DNA of 36,889 nucleotides from Neophaeotheca triangularis (taxonomy: Eukaryota), in contig BAAIJX010000053.1 of assembly GCA_054600435.1 (NCBI GenBank), forward strand, positions 124,001 to 160,889. Reading direction: 5' to 3'. This document shows positions 9,543 to 21,191 of the stretch, in pieces. The notes beneath the pieces were generated by a model. The model ran no database searches, was not told where the DNA came from, and worked only from the letters and a program-made list of their open reading frames with translations. Numbering within the stretch: position 1 is the stretch's first letter; the number at the start of each line of letters is the position of its first letter. Made by a program: the position numbers and the translations under genes.

Positions 9543-11228
9543 ATGGCAGGACTAGAGACGACAGACCTCGTAAAGCCTAATGGCGAGGTCAGAACGGCCA
9601 AAAGGGGCGGACCACCCACGGCGCGCGTAAACCCAGAACAAGCTGCCGCGAAGAAAAGGCAGGCGGAAGCGAATAAGCAGTATGGGCGTGGAAAGAGTAT
9701 CCAGACAAAGGGCATCAAGGACAAGAAAATTCGGGCGAACCTTCGCGCTCTGGAAGATCGATACCAGGATGCCGCACTAAAGGCCAAGGACGCCGAAATT
9801 TTACTCGAGAATGAGTCTGGCTTTCTCGAGCCAGAGAACGAGCTTGAGAAGACATACAGAGTACGACAGGATGATATTAAGACGGATATCGCGGTCGAGA
9901 CGGCGAAGAAGGGCTTCGAGTTGAAGCTCGAAGGTCTCGGTCCGTATGTGCAAGACTACACTCGCAACGGCAGGGACCTGTTGCTAGCCGGTCGCAAAGG
10001 GCATGTCGCAACCTTTGACTGGCGTAGTGGGAAGCTGGGATGTGAGCTACAACTGGGAGAAACCGTACGCGATGCGAAATGGCTGCACAACAACCAATAC
10101 TTTGCGGTAGCGCAGAAGAGGAATGTGTACATCTACGATCACGCTGGCGTGGAAATTCACAACCTGGATCAACATATTGAGGTAACACACATGGAATTCC
10201 TGCCCTACCACTTCCTGCTAGCAACGATTGGCAACGCAGGCTGGCTCAAATATCAAGACACCAGCACCGGCAAGCTAGTCAGCCAAATGGGCACTAAGCA
10301 GGGCACCCCCACCGCTCTAGGACAGAACCCTTACAATGCAATCATGCATGTCGGCCACCAAAATGGAACTGTATCTCTCTGGTCACCCAACTCTCAAACC
10401 CCTCTGGTCAAAATGCTATGCCACCGTGGCCCTGTGCGCTCCCTTGCGATGGACCGAGAAGGCCGCTACATGGTGTCGACGGGGCAGGACATGAAGATGT
10501 CTGTCTGGGACGTACGCAAGTTCCGCCCCGTTCATGAATACTTCCTGCACCAGCCTGGCAGCAGCGTGGCAGTCTCAGACCGCAACTTGACGGCGGTCGG
10601 TTGGGGCACTCAAACCACAGTATGGAAAGACCTTTTCACCAAAGACCGCAGCGACGTGGAGCAAATTAAACAACAGCGACCATACATGTCGAGCGGCGGC
10701 TCGGGCCAGAGCGTCGAGCGCGTGCGCTGGTGTCCTTACGAGGATATCCTGGGCATTGGCCACAACGAAGGCTTCTCCTCCATCATCGTCCCCGGCGCAG
10801 GTGAACCCAACTTCGACGCTCTAGAAGCCAACCCCTACGAGAACGTCAAACAGCGCCAAGAAGGCGAAGTGCGGGGCTTGTTGAACAAATTGCAGCCGGA
10901 GATGATCAGCCTCGACCCCAATTTCGTGGGCAAGCTAGATACGGTCTCCAACCAGCAGCGCCAGGAGGAGAAGGACTTGGACCGCAAGACTGGTGTTGCG
11001 GCTGAGCGGGAGAGAGTCGAGGATTTGAAGAATAGGGGTCGTGGGAAGAATAGCAGTCTGCGCAAGTACATGCGGAAGAAGGGCGGGAAGAATATTGTGG
11101 ATGAGCATAAAGCGAGGGTTACGGAGTTGAGGGAGGAGCAAAGGAAGAGAGCTAAGGAGGCCAAGGAAGGCAAGCAGAGGGAGGAATTAGGACCGGCTTT
11201 GGCGAGGTTTACCAGGAAGGGTGGGTGA
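9543..11228 (+). CDS. UTP7: U3 snoRNA-associated WD40 protein Utp7 (WDR46/BING4 family), ~561 aa
   Basis: YTRNGRDLLLAGRKGHVA, LEFLPYHFLL-like MEFLPYHFLLAT, GHQNGTVSLWSP, and the C-terminal PGAGEPNFDALEANPYE...EVRGLLNKLQPEMISLDP. First ATG in frame at 9543. Confidence 0.95.
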   Translation: MAGLETTDLVKPNGEVRTAKRGGPPTARVNPEQAAAKKRQAEANKQYGRGKSIQTKGIKDKKIRANLRALEDRYQDAALKAKDAEILLENESGFLEPENELEKTYRVRQDDIKTDIAVETAKKGFELKLEGLGPYVQDYTRNGRDLLLAGRKGHVATFDWRSGKLGCELQLGETVRDAKWLHNNQYFAVAQKRNVYIYDHAGVEIHNLDQHIEVTHMEFLPYHFLLATIGNAGWLKYQDTSTGKLVSQMGTKQGTPTALGQNPYNAIMHVGHQNGTVSLWSPNSQTPLVKMLCHRGPVRSLAMDREGRYMVSTGQDMKMSVWDVRKFRPVHEYFLHQPGSSVAVSDRNLTAVGWGTQTTVWKDLFTKDRSDVEQIKQQRPYMSSGGSGQSVERVRWCPYEDILGIGHNEGFSSIIVPGAGEPNFDALEANPYENVKQRQEGEVRGLLNKLQPEMISLDPNFVGKLDTVSNQQRQEEKDLDRKTGVAAERERVEDLKNRGRGKNSSLRKYMRKKGGKNIVDEHKARVTELREEQRKRAKEAKEGKQREELGPALARFTRKGG

Positions 11229-12110
11229 ATGTATCGGATGTTTTGTGGTTCTTGACTGCAGATTATGGTTGTGGGAGCGGTTGCCGCGTCGGGTCTAAAC
11301 TGAAAGCCGGGCCTATTTGGGCCGCAGAATGGGGACTATAGAGATACAGCACCTAGAGGGGGCGCGGCCTTGACAGCTGAGAGGCGTACTGCCCCCGGCT
11401 GAGTTTGGAGTCCAAGCGACTTTAGCGCCTACGAGGCATCGCGCCGCTGGCGCACACATAGCAAGACACGCCAGGTCGAGAGGGGATAGAGTTGTATGCT
11501 GCGGGGGTTGACAAAGCAGCATGGGAGCGTTGAGACAGCGTTGTACGTTTAACTACATTCGGATTGAACGAGCTTTTGCAATTCCAAGAGCTTCCCCCAG
11601 ATCAGATCCTTGCCGCGAGCTCGGCCATAGCCTCTTGTTGGTCTTTGGTAGATCCTCCCGGCGCAGTAGATTGTGAGAAGTGCTGAGCATCCGCCTCTAG
11701 CCCTCCGCTCTACTTAGACGTTGGGGATGTGACATTGACCCTGTTTCTCCGCCTCGAGCAACTCAAACCACCCATACAGTAGTTCTGCCTAAAGTTAGCC
11801 TCGGCGAGACTTTGTGGTCCGCATTGTCCTAGCTGTTTGCCTTCATTACGTGCGAGGGCCTGCCTCGGGCGAGCCACGGGAACAGGAAATCAGCCAGATG
11901 CTAGCGCGGCGGTGTGCAGAAGAGCCAACGAACTGATGCTGTTCTCGAGAGTCACAAGGATTTTTGATATCCATATCTTCGCTGATGCGCTAGTCCTTAC
12001 GCTATGCTCAAATCCGCCCAAAATGCCATCGCGTCTCGCCCATGTATCTATGCAGTGTCGACAAAAACTCCACGCTCTCCTCAACTCCATGCCCTAAGAA
12101 AAAAGATCGC

Positions 12111-12893
12111 CTACCTCTCCATCAGTTCAACCGGCGGGCGACTGGTATGCACAAACTTCTTCTCCACGCCCTCCATCGGGCTCAACTGCCCGGGGCTCTC
12201 ACTCGTATCCACAACCGCAATAGCCGGTAAATCCGGGCTGTGGCCATGGTCCTGTGGGTCATACACCACATTCACGCCCCCACTGCCCGTCCTAACCGTG
12301 CCCGGTCTCCCTTCGACAACCTCATCCTGATCTTGATGCAACGCCTCGTCTGCCTCCGGTCTCGCCTGCAATTTGCTCAGCGCACTGGCCAGATCCTCAG
12401 CGTGCACCTCTTTGTTGGGCGGATCCTCGTTGCGCATTTCCCAGCCCATAGGCGGGCTCGGCGGGGGCGAGATGAAGAAGAGCTTGTTGCTCTTGGGGGC
12501 TTGGAGGTGCTGGTCTTCGAGATCTATTTTGGTTGTTTGGCCAAAGTAGACGCGGACGCGGTTGTCGAGGACGGTTTCGCCGTCGAGGGCGGTGCGGACT
12601 CTGATGGCGTCGTCGATGGTGTGGAAGGAGACGATTATGCGGCGGAAGGATTTGAGGGGTGAAAAGGTGTGGAGCGGTGCTTGTGCATTGAGGGCGTCTT
12701 TGATGCTGGCTAGAGTGGGGGTTGTGAAGATGACTGGGTCGGCGAGGTTGGTAATTATCAGGGTGTTGGTTGGTGGGGTTGGTTGAACAAGGGGTGGGAG
12801 GTCGTCGAGGTCGAGTGAGAGGTTTGGTGAGTGGCGGCGTTTGGTTGGAGAAGAGGCGGGTGGGGAGGACATGTCCATTGACATGGTTGCCAT
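12111..12893 (-). CDS. RCN1: Calcipressin (RCAN/Rcn1/CbpA calcineurin regulator), ~260 aa
   Basis: Signature KLFFISPPPSPPMGWE, N-terminal RRM-like segment FSPLKSFRRIIVSF, PxIxIT-like PAIAVVD, and C-terminal HTSRPPVE. Start chosen at MATMS. Confidence 0.9.
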   Translation of the reverse strand: MATMSMDMSSPPASSPTKRRHSPNLSLDLDDLPPLVQPTPPTNTLIITNLADPVIFTTPTLASIKDALNAQAPLHTFSPLKSFRRIIVSFHTIDDAIRVRTALDGETVLDNRVRVYFGQTTKIDLEDQHLQAPKSNKLFFISPPPSPPMGWEMRNEDPPNKEVHAEDLASALSKLQARPEADEALHQDQDEVVEGRPGTVRTGSGGVNVVYDPQDHGHSPDLPAIAVVDTSESPGQLSPMEGVEKKFVHTSRPPVELMER

Positions 12894-14184
12894 GTGATAA
12901 GTTTGGGAGATATTAGATGTCGACGTGGAGGTGTTGTCGATTGGTCGAGAATGCCGCTCCGTGATTGCTGTTGGTATGGAGGTAGTGAGGAGTCGAAAGG
13001 TGGTAGGAATGATTGATGGATCGATACCTGGTCGCAAGTATATATGTATGTATCTAAATGGTAAGGAAGCCTCGAGTGGCTGTTTGCGGCGAATGCTCAG
13101 TGGCGGCTGTGCAGTTAGCGGGGTGAGGTCGATGCCAAGGCCGCTGCTTCTAGATGGCTCGAGGTCCTTTGCCATCGTTGATCAACGTGAATTGACTCCG
13201 CCAATGTGTTTACGCTTCTTCCAAGTCTGAGGCAGTGCTAACTTATACACCCGATATATTGTTATCGATTGAGTATAAATCTCTGGCCGACCTTGCCGTC
13301 CCCAATCGTGGCTCTGTCTAGCTCGCCACGTGATATGGCTTACGTTTGCTGCTGCGGTTCCGTTGAACGGGCCACCAGACAGGTCATCTACTACTCGGCC
13401 AGTGGCCTACTAGTACTCTGAGGCCAAGTTGTTGCGCTTGGGCAACATACCCTGCTCGTAACACGTAGTTCCTCACGTCGCTGCTCGAGCAAGCGGCAAT
13501 CAGCGGTCGCCGGCAGAAGCGAAAGTTGATACAGCGTCTGTGTTATCAAGGACCATGCCTAGAGTATAAGATAGGGATGCTCTTGTGCAACGAGCGCAAC
13601 ACCCTCCAGCTCGCCAGGCAGTCGTGGAAGACTCGAAGGGCCTCAGGTGCTGCGCTTGATCCATCCGTAGTCTCCTTGATAGCCGCTTTCTTTCAGTGGT
13701 CGACAGTCTTCCTTTCTATATCGGTAGGTAGTCTTCGCTTGTCGGACGCCATCTCCGCTGGCTTGGCGGTCAACTTGACAGTGTGGAGATATATAGAGCG
13801 CCCGCGAGCGAGCGAGCAGATACAGATACAGCCACCATGACCAGCAGTGGTAACACGACCGAGTTTCGCCCGTCACTTGACGTCGGGAAGCAGTGGGGGC
13901 CCTCGGAAGGGATGTCAACTTTGAATTCACGACGCGTTCGCTGCGAAAAAAACAAAGCCTTCCGCCTGTTCATCGTAGGTCCCTGAGATCTCATTAGAAA
14001 GACTGCTGATAAATCGAGCCAACGTCATCGTAGCGACTTTCTACGCTGTCCACCGAAAGGTTCAAGTATCGGTCTCAATCTTTCCTCCAGTCGAATTCTG
14101 TTTTGCACAGCACCCCAACGTTACAACGCCACGAATAACCCTTAGCATTCACATCAAGGAACCTACCAAATTCCACTGCCCAGC

Positions 14185-15321
14185 ATGGCTTCAGCAGAAG
14201 CACCGCCCAAGGCGGCAGACACTAAGCTCTTCAAGCCGCTCAAGATAGGCAACTGCAACCTCTCCAACCGTCTCGTCATGGCACCATTGACACGATTCCG
14301 CGCCGATGACAACCACGTCCAGCTCGACTTCGTCCCCACGTACTATGGCGAACGCGCCAGCTACCCTGGGACCCTGCTCACCACAGAAGCAACCTTCATC
14401 TCCCCTCGAGCAAGCGGCTACAAGAACGTCCCTGGCATTTGGAACGACGCGCAGATCGCCGCGTGGAAAAAGGTCACGGACGAGGTGCACAGCAAGGGCT
14501 CCTACATCTGGCTACAACTATGGGCACTAGGCCGTACAGCAAACCCCGATGTTCTGAAAGAGGAAGGCACCGGCGATCTGGTTAGCTCGAGCGCTTGTGC
14601 CATGGCGGACAATGCCCCCCTACCGCGGGAAATGACTGAAGACGAGATTCAATCTTTCATCTCCGATTATGTCACGGCGGCCAAGAACGCCGTGGAAAAG
14701 GCCGGTTTCGACGGCGTGGAAATCCACGGGGCGAACGGCTATCTGATTGATCAGTTCACACAAGACGTAAGCAACAAACGCACAGACGGCTGGGGCGGCA
14801 GCGTAGAGAAGAGGTCGCGCTTCGCCCACGAAGTCAGCAAAGCCGTCGTCGAGGCCGTTGGTGCGGAAAAGACGGGTATCCGCCTGAGTCCTTGGAGCCC
14901 TTTCCAAGGCATGGGCATGGAAGACCCGATACCGCAATTCTCCGACCTCTGTGAACGTCTCAAGAGCCTGAAACTCGCCTACGTGCACCTCGTTGAGTCG
15001 CGCATCGCCGGTAACGCCGACGTCGAGCGTACGGAGAAGATCGACCCATTCATCGAGGTCTGGGGCCAGACGTCGCCGATTTTGATCGCAGGAGGTTTCA
15101 AGCCCATGTCCGCTTGCAAGGCTGTGGAAGAAGAATACCCAGATAAGGACGTCGCGGTCGTGTTTGGGAGGTATTTCATCTCCAACCCCGATTTGGTGTT
15201 CAGGGTCAGAGAGGGCGTGCCTCTCACTCAGTATGATCGCGATTCTTTCTACATCCCCAAGAGCGAGAAGGGGTATATTGATTACCCGTTCTCGGAAGAG
15301 TGGAAGCAGGCGAAATTGTAA
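14185..15321 (+). CDS. Old Yellow Enzyme family NADH:flavin oxidoreductase (ene-reductase), 378 aa
   Basis: NRLVMAPLTRFRA, GFDGVEIHGANGYLIDQF, GRYFISNPDLV and C-terminal GYIDYPF. Ends in AKL, a possible PTS1 peroxisomal signal. Confidence 0.95.
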   Translation: MASAEAPPKAADTKLFKPLKIGNCNLSNRLVMAPLTRFRADDNHVQLDFVPTYYGERASYPGTLLTTEATFISPRASGYKNVPGIWNDAQIAAWKKVTDEVHSKGSYIWLQLWALGRTANPDVLKEEGTGDLVSSSACAMADNAPLPREMTEDEIQSFISDYVTAAKNAVEKAGFDGVEIHGANGYLIDQFTQDVSNKRTDGWGGSVEKRSRFAHEVSKAVVEAVGAEKTGIRLSPWSPFQGMGMEDPIPQFSDLCERLKSLKLAYVHLVESRIAGNADVERTEKIDPFIEVWGQTSPILIAGGFKPMSACKAVEEEYPDKDVAVVFGRYFISNPDLVFRVREGVPLTQYDRDSFYIPKSEKGYIDYPFSEEWKQAKL

Positions 15322-15426
15322 GGTTGTAACTGTTACGAGATGTATGGCTTAGATAGATGGTTAGAACGATAGAGCTTTATACTCCCAAAATCGCATTCAT
15401 ACTCTCTAGACTCGAACCACATTAGC

Positions 15427-17551
15427 TCACCACAACGTCATGCCGGTGTTGACCTCACGCAATACGCCAGCGTCCCCAAGCGCTTTTACCAGATCCAGCA
15501 GCATCAGATCGCAGTTCCTATGGGCCAGCACATCGATAGCTACAGGCAGCTTCTCCTCCACATTCGAAATGTCGCTTCTAAAGCTGATTTCTCCAATGGG
15601 CAAAGTCACTTCAGGCCCCTGCGACTGCACACTAAAGTAGTAAGGGGTGAAGGAAGTCCAGGAACTGACATTGGGTGGCGAGTAAATGGTATTGCGGTAC
15701 TCCTGCGTGGTAACAACATCAACTCGAGGTCTGCTATGGGAGGACATGTCTAGTACTCACCGGCTCCCCCGTAGCCATGGGGATGACAAAAAGGCTCTCG
15801 GAACAGGCCTCTTCGTCCGCTTTGACAACATTGTTGCCGAACCAGTCGCGGAAGTATGTGAATTTCTCGTACGCGACATCGACGTCTTCCTGCGTGGTGT
15901 TGACGGCACTCGCATATCTCGCGGCCGGGAAAGGGTTTATGAACGGACTCCGCCCGCCAAACGCCGCAGCGTAAGCTGCGCGGAAAGGTTCAATGACCTT
16001 GTCGATCTGGTTCCGCCAGATGAGGTCGAAGCCTACAGTGCGCATGTGGGTCCAGAAGTCGGTGTCCGGGTAGTCGGTGTGAGCTGTGGCGTTCCAGTAG
16101 GTGTCGATGGAGTTTCTTTCGACCGTGGCGTTCAGGAAGCCAGCGAGCTTAGTGATCCACTCGTCGAAGATGGCCTGGCTTGCATTGTTTGCGACGGGCC
16201 ATAAGTTGGTTGGGATGATGATTTTGGAAGGCAACTTGGTGGAGCCTTGTGTGAGGTTAGGGTTGTTTGCGAACCATTCGTAGCCAAAGTCGCGGAGCAT
16301 CCTGAGAGAGCGAGTGTGGTAGCCAAGCGCATCGAAGTACTCGCCTTCCAGCATTACTCCTTCGTTGGAGACGGCGCCAAAAGAAGGGCGGATTCCGTAG
16401 ACGCCATTCTTGCCGGCTGGTATACGAATGCTTCCTCCCGTGTCGCTTCCTATTGAGACATCTACCCAGTTATAGGCCGCAGTTCCGGCACCAGCGCCTG
16501 TCGACGATACACCAGGGTCTTGATAACCATCGCCACGGGGGTTGAATGCGCCGCTGCAAATACGTCAGCGAGCAGTACTGGACTCACTTGGCAGGTCTTC
16601 TTACTGATAATCCACCCAGTCAGCCGTTACTCGATCGGCGTTTGCGAATTGAGCAGTCTTGGTCTTTCCAATGATTGTAGCTCCGAGGTCTACAAGACGT
16701 TGCATCGCCGGAGCAGTAGAGTTTGCCGCTTTTGAACCACGCCCGGTTACCATTTGAGGTCTTGACGCCCTGAAGGTCAATAATGTCCTTTACAGTCACG
16801 CGCACACCAGCCAGCGGTTTGTCGGCCGAGTCTTCTGTGCCCCGGCTGTACAGCCTTGAGGGAACCGGAATGCCTAAGGTGGAGTCACTAAGGGTGTTCA
16901 CGGTGGCGTACTTGAAACCTCCTCCCGCGCCATCAGGGAGAAGGCCGTTCATAAAAGCCATATTTTCGTCATACTGAACCTGGTAGACTGGACCCAACGT
17001 AAATGTGGTTGACGTAACGTGTGCAAAGTATGGTCCAACGGGCACACTGGTGTTGGTCCAAATATGAGTGGCGCCATCCAGCTTGAGGTCGGAGAGCAAC
17101 AATTGCGTGTCATAGGCATCTTCTAGGCATCTTCCCAGTCCAGGCTCCAGATCGAGTTCTCCTGGAAGATAGATCGCTGAACATGAATGGTACAAGGTTA
17201 GCTGAAGATATTATGGCCGTCGTGACGCAAAGACAAGTGGGGAAGCGTACTTTTGAGGAAGCTTGGTTCGAATACGTCGTCGAATGCAAGAAAGTCGTTC
17301 ACCTGCTCCTTCATCCCGGCACAAGTTACTGTTCCGTAGGCGTGTGGAAGTACAGTGAGAGGCACGACCGCAGACAAGCCGTGTGGCTCCTCACAGTCCC
17401 AGTCTTTGACGGCGAGGCTCGATACGTAGCCAGAGAAAATGCCTATGAGTGGCTCCCCGAGCGTGTTGGCCGTTGTGACTGAGTCTGGAAAACCAGAGAT
17501 GGAGGCCGTCCAAGGGACTGATGCCTGCATCAAATTGCGTATGCTGGGCAT
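15427..17551 (-). pseudogene. Amidase-signature (GatA-like) family gene with a frameshift near 16730; exons 17551-17251, 17176-16605, 16553-15761, 15702-15427
   Basis: Catalytic elements present: [53 protein letters not shown]. Three canonical introns. Summed exon length is 1942 nt (3n+1). The frame breaks between NRAWFK and [17 protein letters not shown] with no splice sites available. Confidence 0.75.
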
Positions 17552-18340
17552 GTTTGCGATCAATCAACTTCGGCTGCAAATGTGCTTGGTCTCCGAACGC
17601 CGGGACAGTGATCTGGGAAAAGACAAATACTTATATACAGCACATCATGCTCTCAGTGCACGCCGCCGGGCAATCGTCGTGACCAGGAGATAGAAGCAGT
17701 GTCATGGTTCGAAGGTGATTGCAGCGCCGAGGCCTATCGTTCTATTGTATGGGCAGACCGGCAGCCTCCTGACTCTCAGCCCACTCAGGGCTATCAAAGC
17801 CAAACCTACTAGCAACAAGCTCCAGTGAAGACCAATGCTAGAGCGATTGTAATACGATTTTGTCAAGAGCTATATCTATATCAGAGCCAAGGTGTAGCTG
17901 ACGGTAGAATGAGTCGTAAGGCGAATAGCGTCTCCACTCGAATGACAGCCGCTGATAAGCACCCATCTGCCGTCCGGTATGACAGGGCTCCTGGATGTCC
18001 GTTACGATGTTACTGTCGTGCTGTGCATACGTCTCGAAAGCAAAGGGCCGGGGAACGTGACCGGAGTCAAACATGACGGGAGTATGTAGTGAGTGCAGCT
18101 TTCAGTCTAGACTGCGTTTTCGCGAGCACGTGACACCGCGACGCGTTCCCTCTGTTTATCGATAAGCTCAATGACGGTTGCCTGCGCAGGTGAGTACCTA
18201 AGGGTGCAGGTGGTGTCTAGGAACTTAGGTACCTAAACTAGGTAGTGTTATGACGATCTTCCTGCAACCTACGCTCGAAACTTCCGGACAATTATAGCGG
18301 CGGATCCTTCACCACATCACAACTCAGCGCCACCTACAAA

Positions 18341-20221
18341 ATGTCTGGCCGACGAGCCGGGAATCGCATCCGCGGACCACAGTCTGCGCTCACAGATTTC
18401 CTGGCTGCGAACAACATCTCGGCAGCGCAAATCCGCGATGACTACCAAAGACGTCGCCAGCAGACTGAAGGTGACGACAACGGCGGCGAAGGGCCATCCA
18501 CTGCCGTGCCCGAGCAGACAGAGGAGGAAGCCCAGGAGGCTGCGAATGAAGCTGAGGCTGAAGCTGAAGAGGAGGAAGTAGCAGAGAAGTCGAAGAAGCG
18601 GAAGCGTGCGGAGAAGGATTCAATAGACAGCATCAAGAAAGCGAAAAAGGCCAAGAAGGATGGCAAGAACAAGAAGAAGAAGCGCATGGACCCCGACGAC
18701 GACTTTGAGGACGACGATCTTATTGGGTACGAGAAGTCAAAGCCGGCGCCGGGTCAATTTGAGCATTGCGAGATCTGCAGTAAGAGATTCACCGTCACTC
18801 CGTATAGCAAGGAGGGTCCGGAAGGAGGGCTAGTTTGCACACCATGTGGTAAGGAGCTGGGCAAAGATCTGAAGGCGGAGAAGAAAGCAGCTGCAAAGCC
18901 GGCGGGCAAAAAGAGGCGTAAGCTGGAAAGTGACAGGCTTGATGGTATGGCTATTGGAGGCGCCAAATCACTTCAACAATTATGCATCGAAAAGGTTGCG
19001 CAGCACCATGAGGACGTGGAGGGTCTTGGCGACATGCCTGCGCCGATTGTTGAGCGCTTGAGCGAGATCTTCTCGAAGCGGCGTGTTCTAAAACCCCAGA
19101 CGCTGAAGCTCTTTCTTCGACCTGATCTTGACTCTGTGGTTGTGCACGATGCAGCGTACCTCGAACCAGACGACTACACCCGGATCGTCGCTGAGGTTCC
19201 GAACATGCAGAGGCTAGTGCTTGGGAACGCATGTCAACTCAAGGATAACGGCCTGGGATACATGCTCGAAAAGTGCCACCACCTCAAGCACGTCCAGGTC
19301 TACGCGGGCAATCTAGTGTCGAACGAGATGTGGCACAAGTTCTTCCAGGAGGCGGGACCCAAGTTAGAGACTCTCAAGCTCACTTGGCTAGACGCAGCGT
19401 TCGAAGACGAGACCGTCCGCGACTTGGTCGAGCACAGCCCCAATCTCCGACGTCTAAAGCTCAAACTGTGCCGACGCATCGGTGAAGAATCCGTTACGGC
19501 CATCACAAGCATGCCAGCGCTAGAGCACCTCACCCTACAAATCGGCCAAGAAGTCTCCAACGAAGCTCTATGTGCTCTTGTTAAGACTCGTGGGCCTGGC
19601 CTACGCACCCTCGCCCTCGAAACATTCCGAGATCTCGATGATACTGTCCTCGCCGCCATCCACGATTCCTGCCACAGCCTAAGCAAATTCCGCATATCGG
19701 AAAATGACACCGCCACCGATGCCGCGTTCGCCTCCCTCTTTACCGAGTGGGACAACCCACCGCTCAAATACATCGACGTAAATTCCACTCGCGACATTGA
19801 CAACAACAATCCCACAGGTCCCGAGGAAGCCATCGGAGTCGCCTCGGCCGGTTTTAAAGCCATGATGGCCCATTCGGGCTCTGCGCTCAAACACCTGGAC
19901 ATATCATCATGCCGCCACATCGAGCTCACTGCTTTCGAAGAGGTCTTCAACGGCAGCCACGCGTATCCGATGCTCGAGCACGTCAATGTCAGCTTCTGCA
20001 ATACCATTGACACGACCGCTATCGCGGGGATTTTCAAGAGCTGCCCCAACCTGAAGAGGCTGATTGCTTTTGGGTGTTTCAAGGTCGAGGACGTTGTGGT
20101 GCCGAAGAATGTCGCGCTCATCGGTGTTCCCAGGGCGCAGGATGCCATCGAGCAGTTTGGCGTGGGTTTTGGCATTGAGGAGGCGGCTGAGCGGTTGCCC
20201 GCGGTCACTGCTGGTGCTTGA
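18341..20221 (+). CDS. RAD7: Nucleotide excision repair protein Rad7/Rhp7 (Cys-knuckle plus RNI-like leucine-rich repeats), 626 aa
   Basis: N-terminal IRGPQSALTDFLAANNISA, CEICSKRFTVTPYS...LVCTPC, BC-box-like SLQQLCIEKV, and multiple LRRs. Confidence 0.9.
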   Translation: MSGRRAGNRIRGPQSALTDFLAANNISAAQIRDDYQRRRQQTEGDDNGGEGPSTAVPEQTEEEAQEAANEAEAEAEEEEVAEKSKKRKRAEKDSIDSIKKAKKAKKDGKNKKKKRMDPDDDFEDDDLIGYEKSKPAPGQFEHCEICSKRFTVTPYSKEGPEGGLVCTPCGKELGKDLKAEKKAAAKPAGKKRRKLESDRLDGMAIGGAKSLQQLCIEKVAQHHEDVEGLGDMPAPIVERLSEIFSKRRVLKPQTLKLFLRPDLDSVVVHDAAYLEPDDYTRIVAEVPNMQRLVLGNACQLKDNGLGYMLEKCHHLKHVQVYAGNLVSNEMWHKFFQEAGPKLETLKLTWLDAAFEDETVRDLVEHSPNLRRLKLKLCRRIGEESVTAITSMPALEHLTLQIGQEVSNEALCALVKTRGPGLRTLALETFRDLDDTVLAAIHDSCHSLSKFRISENDTATDAAFASLFTEWDNPPLKYIDVNSTRDIDNNNPTGPEEAIGVASAGFKAMMAHSGSALKHLDISSCRHIELTAFEEVFNGSHAYPMLEHVNVSFCNTIDTTAIAGIFKSCPNLKRLIAFGCFKVEDVVVPKNVALIGVPRAQDAIEQFGVGFGIEEAAERLPAVTAGA

Positions 20222-21191
20222 GCTTGAGTTGGGTCACTTACAGGCAGCTGAGCAAGTGATTGCTTTCTGTTTACCCGGTTGCCCAATTGCTAGTGCGCTT
20301 CGTTGGTCTATGGTATTAATGATGCTCTTGGTTGATGCTTTACGGTGTATATTTACGAAACTACAGACACGAATGTACCATCATTTTGACAGCGCGGATT
20401 TAGCTTGAGCAATGTCGCCATCGTTCTACGCATCACTTCAAACCAAGTTCAGCGTCTCGATGATCGTATATTATTACCATGTAGTATACAGCGGGTTTGA
20501 TAGTGCCTTCATGTTGTTGGGTTCTTGCTGTTGTTGCAGGTGATGTCTTGCTGTTGATTATCAATAACTGGTTTTGACCCTGTCAACACCCGACCAATCT
20601 CAAGGGGCCTGTTTTATTTTATCTCATGTCAAAAGGCGTTGACAGAGTCCCCTCCAAAGCTCTAATACGTATCACGGCGCGATGGCACGCCGTTCTCGTT
20701 GCGTTAACGCTCCCTAGACTTCTATGCCACATAAATAGCACTGATTTGTCAACATCAAGAACCATATATCGAGCTCGAGATTTGATATACGCGGCCAGCA
20801 GCAAGGGACTCGCGGTTTCTAGTTGAGCTTTGGCATAAAGCACAGTAGGCAACCCTTCCCTTCACTTGGAAAGTGTTTTCTCACGTTACGAAGAAAGTCT
20901 GAAAGCTGTTGACGGTCCTCTGCTTCAGTACACATCTGACTGATGTTGCGGACTGGAAGCGCTAGTGCCTTCTTGTGCCGGTTCCTCTTCTTGGTGCGAA
21001 TGAAAGCCTGCCTGGGCATGGGATCAGAGCAGGCAGCAGTGTCGAGGAATCCTGTCCCAATGAAGAGAACGACTATGCGAGGAGCGAGGCGCAGAGACTG
21101 CGGAAGGCGTGCTTGCGTGATAAAGGCCCTCTGTCTCGAATGGAGTGCGGGGCTACGTTGAGTTAATGGGGTTTGAGGTCAGACCAACTGT

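Noticed and set aside
12894..13175. 94-codon in-frame N-terminal extension of calcipressin
   Set aside because: Composition resembles promoter/5' UTR, with a TATA-like TATATA near 13040 inside it, and there are no conserved motifs.
20943..21166. Short ORFs between rad7 and the GH18 gene
   Set aside because: No ATG-initiated recognisable product; probably overlaps 3' UTR sequence.
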